From: Paecilomyces variotii
Lineage: Eukaryota
Length of the DNA: 64,000 nucleotides
Strand: one strand, 5' to 3'
NCBI GenBank assembly: GCA_004022145.1
Contig: RCNU01000015.1
Every line of letters starts with the position of its first letter. Positions within the stretch are counted from its first letter, which is position 1. Below, in pieces: positions 51,720 to 64,000 of the stretch. The translations under genes were made by a program, and so were the position numbers. A model generated the notes under the pieces. It was not told the DNA's origin. It saw only the letters and a list, made by a program, of their open reading frames with translations, and did no database searches.

Positions 51720-52766
51720 ATGTCCGCTGAAAAGAAGGTCCTCGTTACCGGCGCCTCCGGCTTCGTCGCAGCCCACATCATCCAGGTATTCCTCGAGGCC
51801 GGTTACGCCGTTAAGGGAACAGTGCGATCTGAATCGACGGCCGAGAAGGTCCGTTCGACCTATCCAAAGTATGCCGACAAGCTGAGCTTCGCCATCGTGC
51901 CCGATATGGCTGTGCCCGACGCTTTCGACGAGGCCGTCAAGGGCGTTGAAGGCATCATCCACACTGCGACTCCCTTCCAGATCCAGGTCGAAGATAATGA
52001 GCGCGATCTCCTCCGTCCGGCCATCGACGGCACCGTTAACATCTTGCGCTCCGCCAAGAAGTTCGCTCCTCAGGTCAGGCGTGTTGTCATCATTTCCTCC
52101 TTCGCCGCCATCGGGGATTTCTCCAAGGGCAACCGGCCTGGATACACATACACCGAAGCCGACTGGAACCCCATGTCCTACGAGGAGGCTGCGAAGAAGG
52201 AAACACCAGGTGCCCTGGCATACTGCGCAGCCAAAGCCCTGGCAGAACGCTCGGCCTGGGATTTCATCAAGAACGAGAAGCCCAACTTCGATCTGGTTAC
52301 CCTCTGCCCGCCTATGGTCTATGGACCTAACATCAACGCCACCACCGATCTTTCCAAGTTGAACACCTCGTCCGCTGATATCTATCAGCTGATGGCCCCT
52401 GGTAGGAAGCCCACCGACGAGATGCCCAAGACCTCCTTCTGGTCGTGGGTCGATGTGCGTGACGTTGCCCTGGCCCATTTGAGGGCGTATGAGATTCCCG
52501 AGGCTGGCAACCAGCGTTTCTTCCTCTGCAACGGTAACTTCAGCTACCAGATGATGTGCGACATCCTGCGCGAGAATATTCCCGAGCTCAGGGATCGCGT
52601 TCCTATCGGCAAGCCTGGGTCCGGCTTTGGAGGTGTCGAGCTGTACAAGACCGACGCTTCCAAGGCGGAGAAGGTGCTGGGAATCAAGTTCCGCCCATTG
52701 GAGGTGCCCGTGGTTGATGCCGCGAGATCCTTCCTGGAGCTTGAGAAGAAGGGCGGTAAGGCCTAA
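51720..52766 (+). CDS. NAD(P)H-dependent aldehyde/methylglyoxal reductase, extended SDR (Gre2/Ari1-like)
   Basis: VLVTGASGFVA, IHTATP, SSFAA, catalytic YCAAK, PPMVYGP, VDVRDVA; single exon with strong C/G third-position bias. Confidence 0.93.
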   Translation: MSAEKKVLVTGASGFVAAHIIQVFLEAGYAVKGTVRSESTAEKVRSTYPKYADKLSFAIVPDMAVPDAFDEAVKGVEGIIHTATPFQIQVEDNERDLLRPAIDGTVNILRSAKKFAPQVRRVVIISSFAAIGDFSKGNRPGYTYTEADWNPMSYEEAAKKETPGALAYCAAKALAERSAWDFIKNEKPNFDLVTLCPPMVYGPNINATTDLSKLNTSSADIYQLMAPGRKPTDEMPKTSFWSWVDVRDVALAHLRAYEIPEAGNQRFFLCNGNFSYQMMCDILRENIPELRDRVPIGKPGSGFGGVELYKTDASKAEKVLGIKFRPLEVPVVDAARSFLELEKKGGKA

Positions 52767-53152
52767 GCGACCTGCCAACCTTCTAGGAAACTATTTCCAT
52801 ATTCTTCGAGGAGGGATAGGGGTATAGTTTTTGCTATATGGTACAGTACCTGTGGTGGATCGGATGACGTATGATATCACGACTATGCGATATAGGAATA
52901 TAATAATATATGTAAATATCATACAATCTCTTGCTCTGTGGAAGCCCAAATAGAGTGAAGTTGTAGTTAAGCTTACAGAGGAGAAGCGGGGTAAGCTGGC
53001 GCATTACGGAGTACGTAGTTAGACGCGGAATTAGGTGTATCTAGTTAGTCTAACGAACGGACCTGGGACGTGCTCTCAGAACCGAAGTCGTGTTGCAGGG
53101 GGTAGATCGGTCCGAAGTAGGTCGGCCTAGGTAATGCGTAGTTCCAAGGAAG

Positions 53153-53156
<4 letters not shown>

Positions 53157-53187
<31 letters not shown>
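53157..53187. repeat. (TA)n microsatellite
   Basis: About 15 TA units. Confidence 0.9.
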
Positions 53188-53191
<4 letters not shown>

Positions 53192-53637
53192 TACATCTCC
53201 GTCCAGAGGATTCTCCGATGGATACGGATTAGTAATTATGGCCAATGGAAATGAAGAATCTCTCTCTTGTATTCCCTCGAAGACATGCAACAACGCCAAA
53301 TAATGGTCTAGTTATATAGGATAGAAGGGGAGAAAAAGTCAAGGCCATTCCACATTCATCATTAGATTTCGCGACTGACATACTAGCGTTGGTGACAAAA
53401 GAGAAGATGAAGACGTAAGAGGTCAGAACGTGACTCTAAAGTACATAAAAGAGGCAGATGCAGTACTCGAATATTTTGTACAGTAATCAAAAAGAATAAG
53501 CATGATATGTAATCTGAAGAAGGGGGACTTGTGAGGTTACGGCCTGCCGCGGACAAAATCAAAGATTTACCTCCTTATTAAACGAAACCAGCGCAACGCA
53601 TGATCTCGGGGAAAACCGCTAACGACGAGAAATAATC

Positions 53638-54510
53638 TCATCTTTGTCCAGGAAGAGAGCCAGGATTAGATCCTCGGCTATACGCGCGGTGATGACCCGG
53701 GGGAGGAGGCCCGCTGGGCTCAGCCGGATGGCGCGGTGGGAGGTGGTGCAGAGAACCAGGGCCTGGAGGAACACCACCAGGATATCCAAGACCTCCTAGT
53801 GATGGTGTGGGAGCCGGATGCATCGCTGCGGGCGGAGTATATGGCCGTCTGCCGCTCAAGGACTGTGGCCCAGGAAGACTTGTTGTCGTTGTAAGCGGCT
53901 GTGTCGACACTGGCGGCGTGCTACCGCCGTATTGCGACATCCCAGGAGTACCCAAACCAAGAGCCGATCGCTGACCTTGAGGTGGCGCTTGCTGCTGGAG
54001 TGCTCCACTCACCATGGCCTGGACGTGCTGTTGATACGTCTGATGACTTCCGGGACCATGTTGTGGCTGATGTCCCATCTGGTGCATGACAGTCGGCTGT
54101 GGGGAGGGAGCATAGGATCCGGAGGACTGACGCGGTGGGATATTCATTGGTGACTGCACAGGTGTAGGCGGTCCCTGCCGGTTACCATACCCAGATATGA
54201 CACCATTCCGCGGGGTGGGCGAGCCGATCGACTGACGGTAAGAATGAGTCTGAGGCGGCAGCTCGCGCGACGAAGAGAGGACACTTGGAAGGGCCGCGCT
54301 TTGAGGATGGGGAGCTACGGGGGCGGGGAACACGGGCTGATGGGCATGACGCTGCGAAGGAGTTGGGGGAGGAGCAGGAACAGATGCCTGGGACACGACG
54401 TTTGGCATGCTGGAGACAGGTTGGGAAGCAGCTGGATAGGATGCAAACGCTGATTGAGGCGCGGATGCTACCGAAGCACGCGATGCTGGAGAATCAACCT
54501 GTTGTTGTTG

Positions 54511-54541
<31 letters not shown>

Positions 54542-57500
54542 TGTTGACCTCTGGGGTCGAATCTCGCCATCCACTCATGATTCACTGGGCCGCTGCTTGG
54601 TCCAGGGATGGATGAATATCCTTGGTAATCCGAGTACGAGCGTGACTGTAATTGCGGTTGCTGCGAAACTGCCTGCTGTTGACTGGTTGAAAGGTAGGGC
54701 GTCTTCACCTGCATGCTCGGCATGGGTGCTTCCTCATGTCGAGTCTGGACACTCGGTTGTGGCATATAGGCTGGCCGCGGGGAAGGCACACTGTAGCTGG
54801 GTGCACTAGCCGCCTGGTCACTAGCAAAGCGTTTCCGTGGTTGAGGTTCTTCGGGCTCGTCATTCAGAATATTCATGATATTGGACCGCTTAGCGGGAAC
54901 TTGGCGCGGAGGTTCAGCAGTCTGTGCAGGAGTTGAGCTCGGTCGAGGAGCCTCCTTGGACGGCGATAGAATGGGGGGAGGCTGCTGAGCACCGGCATAC
55001 TGTCCATGGATCGGATAATACGGCCTTTGGGCAAAGGAATCACGACGCACGGGGGAGAAATCTGGCTCGTTTCTCTGGAACGGCTGCGCAGGAGAACTAG
55101 GCGCTGTGGTCAAGCTGGCATGCCGGGAATGTGAACCCCCCTGGGATGCTGGAGGAACCTGCATATAGGCCGCTTGAGCAGAGGGGAGGCTAGCCTGGGG
55201 TGGCAGTAGCGGCGAGCCGTGAACTTCTGATGGCGGGGGAATGGTCCGCTGCCGTATATTGGATGTGTGCAAGGGCTCTATCCGGGCCATCTCTTGAGGC
55301 GGTACTGAAGTCACTCGCTGCGGAGCCTGTATTTCCATCGGTCGAGGCGGCGGGGCCCCGACGACGGTGGCACGGGGGTCTCTGCGTTCTTCAGAGAAAT
55401 ATCCCACGCGGGGCCCTTGCTGTGGCCGTGGTGCTGGTGTAGCATGAGGTCGGATCGCCCTCGGGGGCTCCTCGCCGAGCAGCGGGGATGCAACAAGGCC
55501 GCCGCTGGCTGCCTGGGCGAGAGGCGGATATCGAGCAATATTTCGGTCCTTCTCTGCTGGAGCTCGAGCATGGACCTGAGGTGGTTGAGACGACACCAGA
55601 GACGGGGCGAGGGGTTTTCCTTTGGACGCAAAGCGACTCTCCTCTGGCTCAAGGACCTCCGTGTGCGGTGCCAGCGGGCGGGGAGCAACAGCCGATGGCG
55701 TAGCTTCATACCGCCTCTTGGGGGCCACGCTGGGCACAGGCAGAGGCCCGGTGGGCTCGCCTCGCATTTTCTTGCCCTCCGCAATTTGAACAATCTCTTC
55801 AAATTCTTTGTGGCCGGAATCGACTTTACGCTGGAAATAGTTTTTGACCTGAACAGGCGTTTTAAGTTAGCTTTCCCTCGCGTGTTTCAACGGAGCTACC
55901 TAAAAAAAAAAGCGGGTGCTGCTTACCATGATCGTCGTCTTCGTTTTCATGGAGTTCGAGATTCCCTCAAAGTCCTTGCCAAAGTGTGCGAGAAGCACGG
56001 GGAAGTCCCGCTGTTCAGGCACGGACCAGTAACTGGTAGGTTGCAACGATCCATAACCCATGTCGGACGCTGCCTTCGTAACCACAGAATCCGGCTCGAT
56101 TGTATCCCCCACATGCATATTCTCCTTCCCTCTCGTCCTCGAAGACTTGATCTCGGCAATATGTTGGTCCTTTGCGCGCAGCGCGGCGAGCTCACCAGCA
56201 CCATCCATCGAACTATCCAGCTCGGGCTTCGGAACGGGTGCAGCTTGAGCGATAACAAGCGGTTGGATCGGTGCACCAGAAGGAGAAGGCACTGGTGGTT
56301 GCTTTTCTGATTTCTCCTGCTGCTGTTTCTCCAGCTGTTGTTGGTGTTGTTGCTGCTGTTGCTGCTGCGCCGCCTTCCCTCGGCGTCCACCTCGGGAGCC
56401 TGGCCCGGTGCGACCTCCTCGCCTCGTTGGCTTTTCGGTATCGCCATCCTTCGCGTGGCCGCGTCGTCCAGAGCCATGATCGTTGTCGGCGGAGGATTCA
56501 CCGAAGGTTGGAGCAGCGGCTCGCCGTGGACGTCCAGTGTCCGTCACGGCTGGAGTTTCCTCCTCTCCGTCCTCTGGTTTCACAACGCCGAGGTCGGCCA
56601 TGAGAGCGTTCGACTTGGGGTTCCGCGTGGACCTCCTGGCACGTCCCCTCCGCGTCCAGCGCTTGTTCAGTTTGGCCTTGTATTTGATCTCCTCCTTTGT
56701 GAGATAGTAGTGCATGATACATTGCTGGAAGTCTCTGCCCGGCAGCTCCTCTGCGATCTTGCCCCACTTCTTGGGATAGGCCATGAAGGCATCGGTGAAT
56801 GCTTTGTGCTCTTCAGGAGTGAAATCGTCTGGTGGCGGATAAAATGAGAATACCTCGAAGGCATCAGCTGGGTCGACGATATTATTTGTATCTTGATAGA
56901 CACTGGCCTTCTTCTCGTGGGGTTCCAACATGTCGGGGATTTCAGCCTCGCGCGTCAGATCCGGTTTGGCGGTGGCTTCCATCTCTCGCCGTCGCTCCAG
57001 CTCCTGCTGAGCAGAGATAGCCGAGGCTTTGAGAGCGTTCTGGAAATCAAGTTCGGTGTTACCCTTGTGGCGTCTTCCTTCAGGGACCGGAATGGCCTCA
57101 GGAGGTGTTGTACTGCCAGGGGTCAGGGCCTTCTTCTTCTGCTGGCGATCAAGTTCGTAGACTTCCAACCTCCATGGTTTGTAGTGAGCGATGTATTCCT
57201 CTCGCAGCTCCGCATTCTTTTGCGCTGTCAGCTTCTTCTGCTTCGCCAGCTCCTCTCGTAGAGTCTCTTTAAAACGCTCGTGGGTCTTGATATTCTCCTG
57301 AAATACCTCTAAATCCGACAGAGGCGTCGGCGGTCCTGAGTTCAGGAAAGGCAGGCTTGCGATAGAAATCTTATCGAGACCACCAACTACATGTGTCACA
57401 TGCTCCTCAGCAGGTAACTTCTCCTCGACGCCATTCTCTTCTTTGTAAGGAACGGTAGCAGGCTGTTCAACAGCTTTATCGACATCCATAGCAGAGACTG

Positions 57501-59910
57501 GCTCCTCCAGCTCTCCCGGAATAGCCCCGTCGGCAATCATGCCAAGCAGCTGGATCTTGAGTAGTAGCTCGACAATGATAGGATCTTCCAGTGGCGGGGG
57601 TGGCAGCTCAGCCTGTAAGGCACGCATGTCTTTCTCGAAGATCGCCTTTCTTTCATTCAAATATTCCTCAGTGAAGACATTCTCGTCTTCATCTTCGTCG
57701 CTTGATCGAGTAAAGTCGGGTATCAAAGGCGCCTGCTGCTCTTCAGCAGCCTGGGATTTTTCTCCTTCCGCAACAGCATCCTCCACATCCTTCTTCCGCT
57801 TCTCCTTCTCCTTCTCCTGCTCCTCCTGCTGCTCCTGCTCCTGCTCCTGCTCCTCCTTCTCCCTAACGTCACTCTCGGTCACTTTAGTAGCTGCTTCTGG
57901 TCTTGGTGCCTCAGCTGGCAGCAACGGCTCTTCTGTCTCCGGTTTGACAGGTTGATCGGCGTTCCGGGGTTGTTTCTCCACGACTTCTGGGGGAGAGCGT
58001 CGCTCTGGCCTTGACTCCTCGCTCGCGGGTCGTGCACGATGGCTGTCTTCGAAGGAGTCCCGTCTCGGTGGTGGAGGAGCAGCGCTTCCAACGGAAGGCG
58101 CGCGTGTATAACCTGGTCGCACCCACTGCTTGCTTGCTTTGGGTGGCCCTCTGGGAATGGCAGATCGCTGCAATGCACGAGGCCCCGTGGGAACGCTGGA
58201 AAATGGCATCCGGGGAGACGTTAAGGGCCCCGGAGAGACGGCACGTCCACCGGACGGTGGGCCCTTCCCAAATCCCTGGGAGACCGGTGATGATCCTGGT
58301 CTGCCGGTTGGTACCGCTTCCGCATGACTAGCGGGCTCTCTAGCGGCCATGGCAGCAGGTGCAGTCGGTGGAGAGATATCAGGGCCTGCTTTGGAAGACA
58401 AAACGGGCGGTTTACCCGGGCGGGTAGGGATCTCTTCACGCCGGGAACGAAAGTCCGGATGGTGCTGCAACTCAGCTCGTTCCGCCTTGGGTCCTGTGGG
58501 AGGCTGTATCCCCGTCGGAGCAGGCGGTTCATTTCGAATTTTCTCGGGTTTGGAGGATGGAGGTGTCGTGTGCGGCAATGGGCCCTGGGGAAGCTTCTCT
58601 GCTGGAGGAGCTTGGGATGGCACAGAAACAGATCCGAATGCCGGCACTTGGGGAGCAGAAGGAGGCGGAGACCGTTTAGGAACGGGAATCTCTTTGGTAG
58701 CCTCAGGTCGAGAAGGAGCAATGTCAGATCGCTCTGAATCACGGCGGGCATCCCTAGGAGCCGGTCCTAAGGACCCGGACGGCTTTCGCAGTTGGTCTTT
58801 GACAAAGGGTTCAGCGATCCTGTCAGTATTTGGCGGCGGCACAACGAGTGAAGAAGGCGTCACATTCGACATTGAAGTGACCGTCGAACCACTGGGGATC
58901 CGATTTTCGGTCCTGCTAGGCGGACGTTCCCTCTTGGGGAAATCAGACGGTCGTTCCCGATCGTCCCGTTCCAGTCGTCTGTCATCGTCACGTCTCTCAA
59001 AACGGTCACGGCGATCGAAGTCTCGGTCCCGGTCCCGGTCACGGTCTCGATCTCGATCTCGATCAACCAGCCGGTCCCGCTCCCTAATGTCGCGGTCGCG
59101 ATCCCGATCGAGGAGTGGACGTTCTCTATCCAGGGGACGTTCTCGTTCCAACGGGCGCTCCCGGTCTATAGGCCGCTCTCGTTCCAGGGGGCGGTCTCGA
59201 TCTCGATCGCGCGGTGGGAGGTCTCGCTCCCATCGGCCCTCCCGGGAGCGACTACGACGGCGGAAGCTGTCGCGGTCGTCGAGGTATGGACCTCGCCCAC
59301 GGCCGCGTCCGCCATCCCAATCACCGCGACCACGACCCCGGCCAGGGGGTCCATTCCGTGGATGATGGCCAATACCTACTGCAGGGCCGTCTGGGGCATT
59401 CGAGGAGGTTGAAACTAAGCTGTCGCGAGAGTTGCGGCGTAGCCGGGGTATATCTATCTCCCGTCCCGGGAGATCTCGCGCATCACGGAAATCTCTGGCG
59501 GGAGAGCGTGAGCGACCGCGGCCGAATCCAATTCGGCTGTCGCGGGCATCGAAATCACGGTCTCGTCGGCCCCAGTCGCGCTCAATGTCTCGTCGGAAGG
59601 GGGGCCCGTCTCTGCCATCGCGATCTCGAAAGTCGCGATCGCGATCTCTGTCCCTGTCACGATCGCGGTCGCGGTCCCTAAAATCAGCGCGAGGAGGATA
59701 TCCTCTCCCGCGGCCGCCAAAGCCACCTCTGGAGGAGTCGATCAGAGCCTTGGGGCCCCGCGGCGGTTCTCTGCCTAGGGGAATCGAGTTGGCATCATCG
59801 GAGCCCCGAGGGCCCGAGGGGACATGGGCGGACGGGCGGCGGTCCCCGAAACGCTGGGGCGAACGGTCGCGGGGATTGAACCCAGAAGACGGGGGGAAAC
59901 GCGACGACAT
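53638..59910 (-). CDS. SNT1: SANT/Myb-domain Set3C/NCoR-like corepressor subunit Snt1
   Basis: SANT1 FTPEEHKAFTDAFMAYPKKWGKIA..CIMHYYLTK; SANT2 SYWSVPEQRDFPVLLAHFGKDFEGIS..TKTTIM|VKNYFQR across intron ~55849-55927; RD-rich N-terminus, P/Q-rich C-terminus. Confidence 0.9.
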
Positions 59911-60195
59911 GACCAGCGCATGCTCGACCAGCAGCGATGGCTATACAAAAGCTCCCAGGCGGTGGATCGTTGCAAGACCACGAACCGGGCGGAGCGTGCA
60001 CGTGATGGGGGCGATCTCGAACGCGGCAGTCGGGGAGACTAACCGGATGCAGACTAGCTGCGGGAGTCGAGGCGCCAGGCGCTTGGCGCTTGGCGAGGCG
60101 CGCAGGTGGCCGATGGGGATTTATTAGTGCAGAGTAGTAGTTGGGCTGCCAGCACGCAGTGAAGGAGCAGGCAGTAATGACCAGCAGTAGATATG

Positions 60196-60272
60196 GTAGA
60201 GTAGAGTCGAGTCGAGTAGAGTCGAGTCGAGTAGAGTCGAGTAGAGTAAGGAAGAGTAGAGTACAGTAGAGA
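60196..60272. repeat. Pentanucleotide microsatellite (GTAGA/GTCGA)
   Basis: GTAGA GTAGA GTCGA GTCGA GTAGA GTCGA GTCGA GTAGA GTCGA GTAGA ... upstream of SNT1. Confidence 0.85.
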
Positions 60273-61300
60273 GTGGGTGGTCAATCGAGCAACGTGAGCC
60301 AAGCACAGAACGTAGTAAACGAGCTCCCTGGAGGGCACTGGTGCCAGCAATCAAGTCAGTGGGCCGTGAGATTCAACTCGGAAAAAGAATGACTGCAGCT
60401 GCACGGTGCGTGGAGGAATCGATCGCGTTGTCGAGCAAAAAGCGGCCGTTGGATTTGAAGCCCAGATTCGATGCCAGTCGGGCCGGGGAGCCGCCGAGAA
60501 AACTCCTGGACCGCGTCGTGCAGGAGATCGGAGGGCGCAGTAGAAGCGCAGAGGATCGGGATCTGGATCTGCCACAGTGCAGAGGAAATGCGTGTCCTCT
60601 AGGTTGAGTTCCCTTCTCTCAGCTATTACCTGGACGGAAGATGGGATGGACACGAGAGAGCAAAGGGACAGTAAAATACGGTAATGATGAAGAATGAAGG
60701 AGCAAAAGGCAGAGGAGACGAAGATGGCCGATGGAGCAGATCGAGGGTCGTTCTTGGCGGTCACGGCGTTAGACTAGGCCGGCCTGAACTCTAAGGTTAG
60801 TTCACTGGCTAGCCTCGCGGGGGAAGATGTTGATGAACAGCTGGAATCGAATCGCTGGGCTTCTCAATACAATGCTAATAATAATAATACTCGTAGCTCA
60901 TCAAACTCCATTGCCCGGAGATTCTAACGGTTTTGCTGATCTAGTCTACTTACTCCATCATCACCCATTCCAATTCCAATTCGTGCAATTGTAACTACCT
61001 AGGTAGGTAAGTCACCGGCTCGAGTTCCAATCTGGTGCTCGAACCCCGGCTTTACAGGGTTGGTGGAATGCTATAATCTTCTCATGACTACATCTACAAT
61101 AGATAGTATGACAGCAGAGGGCGCACAGTGGAAAGTGAGCGCGATCAGCCCATTGCTAAGCTACTGAATGTTTCAATGTTTCCGCCTCAGGCACCCACTG
61201 CGGGAAAATCTCCGAAAAAAAAGGTTCCTGTCCCACCACAAGCTCTCTCCTCTTCACCTTTCCCAACCCCTCCTCTATACACGCCAGAACAAATTCCATC

Positions 61301-62622
61301 ATGACTGCTGAACAGACGTCCGCTGCCGGCACCGATCTCCCGGCCTCAGTGACGCAGGCTGTCCTGGTCGCGTCGGAGCCGGTGCCCGAGGGCGTGCGTC
61401 AGGTCCGCGGGGTGGATTTCCACCGCACTCAGGGCCGTGATATCACCGTGGCCGAGCTGGTCGACCACATGGGCAGCATGGGCTTCCAGGCCAGTGCCAT
61501 TGGGGATGCGGTACGCATCATCAATGACATGGTAAGCGATCGTCTTTTTCTTTTTGTTTCCTTCTTTTTTTTTCCTTTTCAGTCTTACCAAATTCCAAGC
61601 GGAAAGCGGACACGAAACTGATCAAAGGTGAATCGATTGACCACAGCGTGCCTACCGGGATCCCGAGACGGGGGATCGCACGACCATCTTCCTGGGTTAC
61701 ACGTCCAACCTGATCTCCTCCGGGCTCCGAGAGACCCTCCGCTATCTCGTCCAGCACCGCCATGTGTCCGCCATCGTCACAACCGCGGGAGGAGTGGAGG
61801 AGGACCTGATCAAGTGTCTGGCCCCTACCTACCTGGGCTCGTTCGCAACCCCGGGGGCTGGTCTCCGGGCCAAGGGACTGAACCGCATTGGGAACCTGCT
61901 GGTGCCCAACAGCAACTACTGCGCCTTCGAGGATTGGCTGGTGCCCATCCTCGACCGCATGCTGGAGGAGCAGGAAGCGGCCAAGAAGAAGGCGCGGGAG
62001 ACGGGCAACGAGGAAGACGAGCTGCACTGGACGCCCAGCAAGATCACGCGGCGGTTGGGACTGGAGATCGCGAACGAGGAGTCGGTGCTGTACTGGGCGG
62101 CGCGCAATGACATCCCGATCTTCTGCCCGGCCCTGACGGACGGATCGCTGGGCGACATGCTCTACTTCCACACATTCCGGTCATCGCCGGCGCAGATACG
62201 CGTGGACATTGTGGAGGATGTGCGGCGGATCAACACAATGGCCGTGCGGGCGAAGCGGGCGGGCATGATCATCCTGGGCGGAGGCGTGGTGAAGCATCAC
62301 ATTGCGAATGCGTGCCTGATGCGGAACGGGGCGGAGAGCGCGGTGTATATCAACACGGCGCAGGAGTTTGACGGCAGCGATGCGGGCGCGCGACCGGACG
62401 AGGCCGTCAGCTGGGGCAAGATCAAGGCCAATGCGGAAAGTGTCAAGGTGAGTTAGATCTCTCTCTCTCTCTATAACTCTCTCTAGTTTTCTTTTGCGCC
62501 TCTGTGTTAATTCTATCTCCGCCTGTCAGGTCTATGCGGAAGCAACGCTGGCCTTTCCGCTGATTGTCGCGGCGACCTTTGCACGAGCGGATGGCAGCAC
62601 CCCGGAACCCACGAAGCATTGA
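61301..62622 (+). CDS. DYS1: Deoxyhypusine synthase
   Basis: [85 protein letters not shown]; two introns; stop 62620-62622. Confidence 0.97.
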
Positions 62623-63339
62623 GTCTGGCATATTTATTTATTTTCTTCTTCCTTCCGACTGAATCTACGACTGCTCTCCGGAACATGGCTGGACAGCCGG
62701 AGTTCTCGAGTAGTCTACTCCAGAGTCTAGAAGGAGTCTCTCCTGGAGAGGAATCGCTAACTAACTACTGGGCCGCATATCCGCGGGCGGGGAGGCGGAG
62801 TGGACAGCGCAGACGGGGACCTCCACTCCACTCTAGTCTAAAGAGACTCTATCTACCGGTCCCAATGCTCCCGCCCTGCAGCCTTACCATAGAGTAAGAT
62901 GGAGTGTTAGTACACCGTGGCGGAGAGGGATTTTCATGCAGCGGCTGTCTGGAAGATGGGCAGTGGCACTGTCGATCGGAGCGAGAATCGGCCGTTCAAG
63001 CGGATGCTGCCAGTTCGGATTGCCACCTGGGATGCCGATCGGGGTGGCAACAACAGCACAACAGAACGGTTGTTTTTCTTTTTTTTTTTCTTTCTTTTTT
63101 TTTGTTTCTCTTTTGCCACGAGGAAAAGAAGACGCCGAAACAATTACCATAATGCCATGATCTGGATCTCCACCGATAAGAGACGATAAGGACCCACGCG
63201 GGGGATGATCCATGGGCGCGAAGAGCACGACACGGGCCTATGGGAGACACGAGAGGGGAATGGAATGGAAGAGATGAAAGGGATGGGATTATTATTGAGC
63301 ATAATTGATGCCTTCTTTTCCGGGCTTAATTGAACGAAG

Positions 63340-64000
63340 AGTCAGAGAGAAGAGAAGAAGAAGAAGAAGAAGAAAAAAACAACTCCTCCTCCAGATATAA
63401 TAAGTCACTGTTATTCCTGCAGTGACAGGTCAGCTCCGCCATCTGGACGTCTCTCATTGGCCGATTACCCAGTAGTCTCAGGGGTTCCAGTCAACAGCAA
63501 ACAGAGTCAGTCAGTCAGTTAATTATCATTATCATCATCATTATTATCATCGCACACAAACTGAACAGAAAAAGAAAAAGAAAACAACAACAACAACAAG
63601 AAAATCAGTTTCTTCTCCTAGATAGCCATTTGTTCCCATCCAGCGGTGTGCTCAAGGTCCACGCTTCACCGCATCCTCTCTCCTCTCTCTCTCTCTCCAG
63701 CCCAACAGGGCCAACTAGACTCTGCCGGGTTCGCCTCACTTGCCGCCCCTCTCCGCTGGTCCTGGCCTCGTTTCGTTTCGTCTACTGCCTTTTCTCTCTC
63801 TTTTCTTTTCTTTTCTTTTCTTTTCTTTCTTTCTTTTCGATTTCTCTCTTTCTTTCTTTCTGCCCTTCCAATCCCCTCGCATCTGGCCCGGTCCGCGTGG
63901 TGGTTCCCCCCGACTAGTTCAACCTGCTAAAAAGCTCCACGAGGCCGATCGATAAGATCCGGAGAGCTTCCCGCTTCCTGCTTATCGTTTGTTATCGCCC
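63340..64000 (+). promoter_or_regulatory. Probable promoter/5' leader of a gene beyond the window (TATA-like, simple repeats, CT-rich tract)
   Basis: TATAATAA ~63395, (GAA)n/(ATC)n/(CAA)n repeats, long pyrimidine tracts 63675-63860; no credible ORF. Confidence 0.4.

Noticed and set aside
51486-52778. 430-aa antisense ORF over the GRE2-like reductase
   Set aside because: Shadow ORF produced by strong C/G third-position bias of the sense gene; no motifs.
55417-60127. Long plus-strand ORFs (297, 338, 231 aa; RS-rich) opposite SNT1
   Set aside because: Antisense readings of GC-rich RD/Pro repeats; the SR-protein look is an artefact.
61521-62171. 216-aa minus ORF over deoxyhypusine synthase
   Set aside because: Antisense shadow of a GC-rich coding exon.
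62884-63955. Short Phe/Lys/Ser-rich ORFs at the window end
   Set aside because: Translations of poly-T/poly-A and CT tracts.

Overview
Genomic DNA of a filamentous ascomycete (intron structure and gene content fit Eurotiomycetes; species not determinable). The left ~32 kb is accessory. It holds a P450, a secreted Hsp70/actin-fold-like protein, a G1 glutamic peptidase, a subgroup-C (killer-toxin-type) GH18 chitinase, an HExxH aspzincin-like protease, an F-box/ankyrin protein, a 5xLysM protein, an O-methyltransferase, a DUF1993 protein, a CE5 esterase and a Zn2Cys6 factor. These are interleaved with gene relics, a LINE reverse-transcriptase relic and RIP-like spacers. The right ~32 kb is mostly housekeeping (NOP2, GET5-like, striatin, PIG-P, OSCA/TMEM63 channel, GRE2-like reductase, SNT1, deoxyhypusine synthase). 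The best candidate for an undescribed system lies at ~7.9-21.5 kb. The chitinase carries a 12x CxGxxC repeat stalk and a C-terminal KP4 killer-toxin-like domain. It is divergent from a LysM gene, with a secreted metalloprotease and an F-box/ankyrin gene between them, and the ~19 kb block is bracketed by a 30-bp direct repeat. All domain calls are by eye from motifs; no searches were run.
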